64,000 nucleotides of DNA from Phoronis australis. Lineage: Eukaryota; Animalia; Phoronida. A program made the translations under genes and the position numbers. The notes under the pieces were generated by a model that made no database searches, had not been told where the DNA came from, and saw nothing but the letters and a program-made list of their open reading frames with translations. The first letter of the stretch is position 1; every line of letters starts with the position of its first letter. The DNA lies in NCBI GenBank assembly GCA_002633005.1, contig NMRA01000256.1:111048-175047 (forward strand), written 5' to 3'. This document shows positions 62,461 to 64,000 of this stretch, one piece after another.

Positions 62461-63445
62461 CTAACATTTTATTTTACATTGTGAATTACATGCTCTGAAA
62501 AAATTCTAAAAGTTTCCAGCTTATTAGAATTGTTAAAAATTACTTGACATGTTTGCTGATCACTGTCTTTGCATCTCTGTTTAAACAGTGACTGAACCGT
62601 GTATCGGAACCTATACCATGTTTGTACCAGGGTTTCCAAAACCAAACTGAAATAGCAATTTCTTAACGTTATTAACCCAGCAAGGTTTATCAGCATTTTC
62701 TGTCATATTGTATTGATATATAATGTTTGACGCATCGGTTTTTAATAGTTTTAACCAATATTTGCATTTCTAAGAAGTCGGTATGCAATCAAGGAGTAAC
62801 AACTCATGTCACCTCTAACAGCCAATGAAATTGCTGTGTTATGTAAATTTAGAATTTCTTAACAAAATTTTGTGTGGACTAATTCATTCGCCTTCACTAA
62901 AACCCCAGATCTCACAGCCATAATGGATTATCGGCAGTATCTTACAATAGAATAATTTCAAACTACCTTTAATTAGGAGTGCATTAAAACCATTGACATT
63001 TTTCCTCATTCAATTCACTATCTTAGCAGCATGTAACGATAGAGTTTTCTGTGCGTAAGATCACGAACCTTTCGTAGTAAACATTAGTCCTAAATATTTA
63101 TACCTATTCACAATATTAACAGTATTCCCACCATACATCCATGTTTCATACGATCTTAACAATCCACCCTTCTTGAAAACTATTATATTAGTCTTCGACA
63201 TGTTAAACATTTCCATTTTTGGCAATACTCATATAAAATATTCATTTTTTCTGCTGTCCTTTAATTCTACAGGAAAATAAAACCAAATCACCAGCAAACA
63301 GCAGATGCAATAATTCAGCTGATACCTTGGAAATTTCTTCACCGCTACCGGATTTTAATTCTTGCTCTAAACCATTCATAAATGAAATAAACAAAAATGG
63401 TGATAGCTGAGAGCCTTGTTTTTAGACCATTATGACAATCATACT

Positions 63446-63766
63446 CAGTGGCGGATCTACGGGGGGTTCAGGGGGTTTAAACCCCCCCCTCGGGCCAGGA
63501 CCCAAAAATTAGAAAAAAACAAAAACGTCTCCAGCAAAACAAAAACGGCACCGCCAGCGTGTGTTAACCCCAAATAAACCAACTTGGAAAAAAACGAGAG
63601 GGGGGGCTCACTCTAAAAATAATTTTTTGCATTGTGAATTGCTGTTATGAAAATCAACGCGTTTCGAGTCTTCGTGGCTCGTCGGCAAATCCCCGGAGAT
63701 CAATTGTGCGTGCGCTTCCGACGACACTTCTGAAGTAGCCAAGCATTTTAGATGGATCCACCGCTG
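63446..63766. mobile_element. hAT-like MITE
   Basis: CAGTGGCGGATCT...GGATCCACCGCTG imperfect TIR with G/C tracts. TSD not recognisable. Confidence 0.6.
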
Positions 63767-64000
63767 AAAGAGCAGCTCTATAGCTGATTTCTTTAGGTAA
63801 CTAGTTTCTTTACTCTAAGATATGTTTTGATTTGATTAGGGGAAATACTGTGGTGCCGCAATCCTGATATTCAGGCGAATTGACGTGCAACCTTTTTTAC
63901 CTCATCTGTCATGCCATGTCACACCCCACACGTTTGTAACTCGAATTTGACTGATGCATAGTAAAGTTGTCTTGCGCGATATCATACAGTGTACATGTAC

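Overview
AT-rich, intron-containing animal genomic DNA (invertebrate-like, plausibly lophotrochozoan; the taxon is inference). It has one assembly gap at 34648-35353. Three spliced genes can be rebuilt from GT-AG boundaries with consistent phase. (1) The last four exons of a PERK/EIF2AK3 kinase (+, 77-2855). (2) A complete ornithine aminotransferase, OAT (-, 8 coding exons, 5683-13551, 435 aa), convergent with PERK; it probably has a non-coding first exon near 15233-15260 carrying a 7-codon uORF. (3) A 733-aa adaptor (+, 8 coding exons, 39407-56684) joining an N-terminal PH domain, a Tyr/Pro docking region and a syntenin-like tandem PDZ. Introns and the 15-39 kb interval are full of non-autonomous DNA transposons with readable TIRs and TSDs: four Kolobok-like TTAA elements (two with decayed THAP domains), an ISL2EU-like THAP element, hAT-like elements with 5-bp TSDs, Harbinger- and Tc1-type MITEs, and two Helentron-type HINEs. 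There is also a Penelope 3' fragment with a degenerate hammerhead ribozyme, SINE heads and several minisatellites. No prokaryotic system or CRISPR array is present. Family assignments come from recalled motifs, not database searches.
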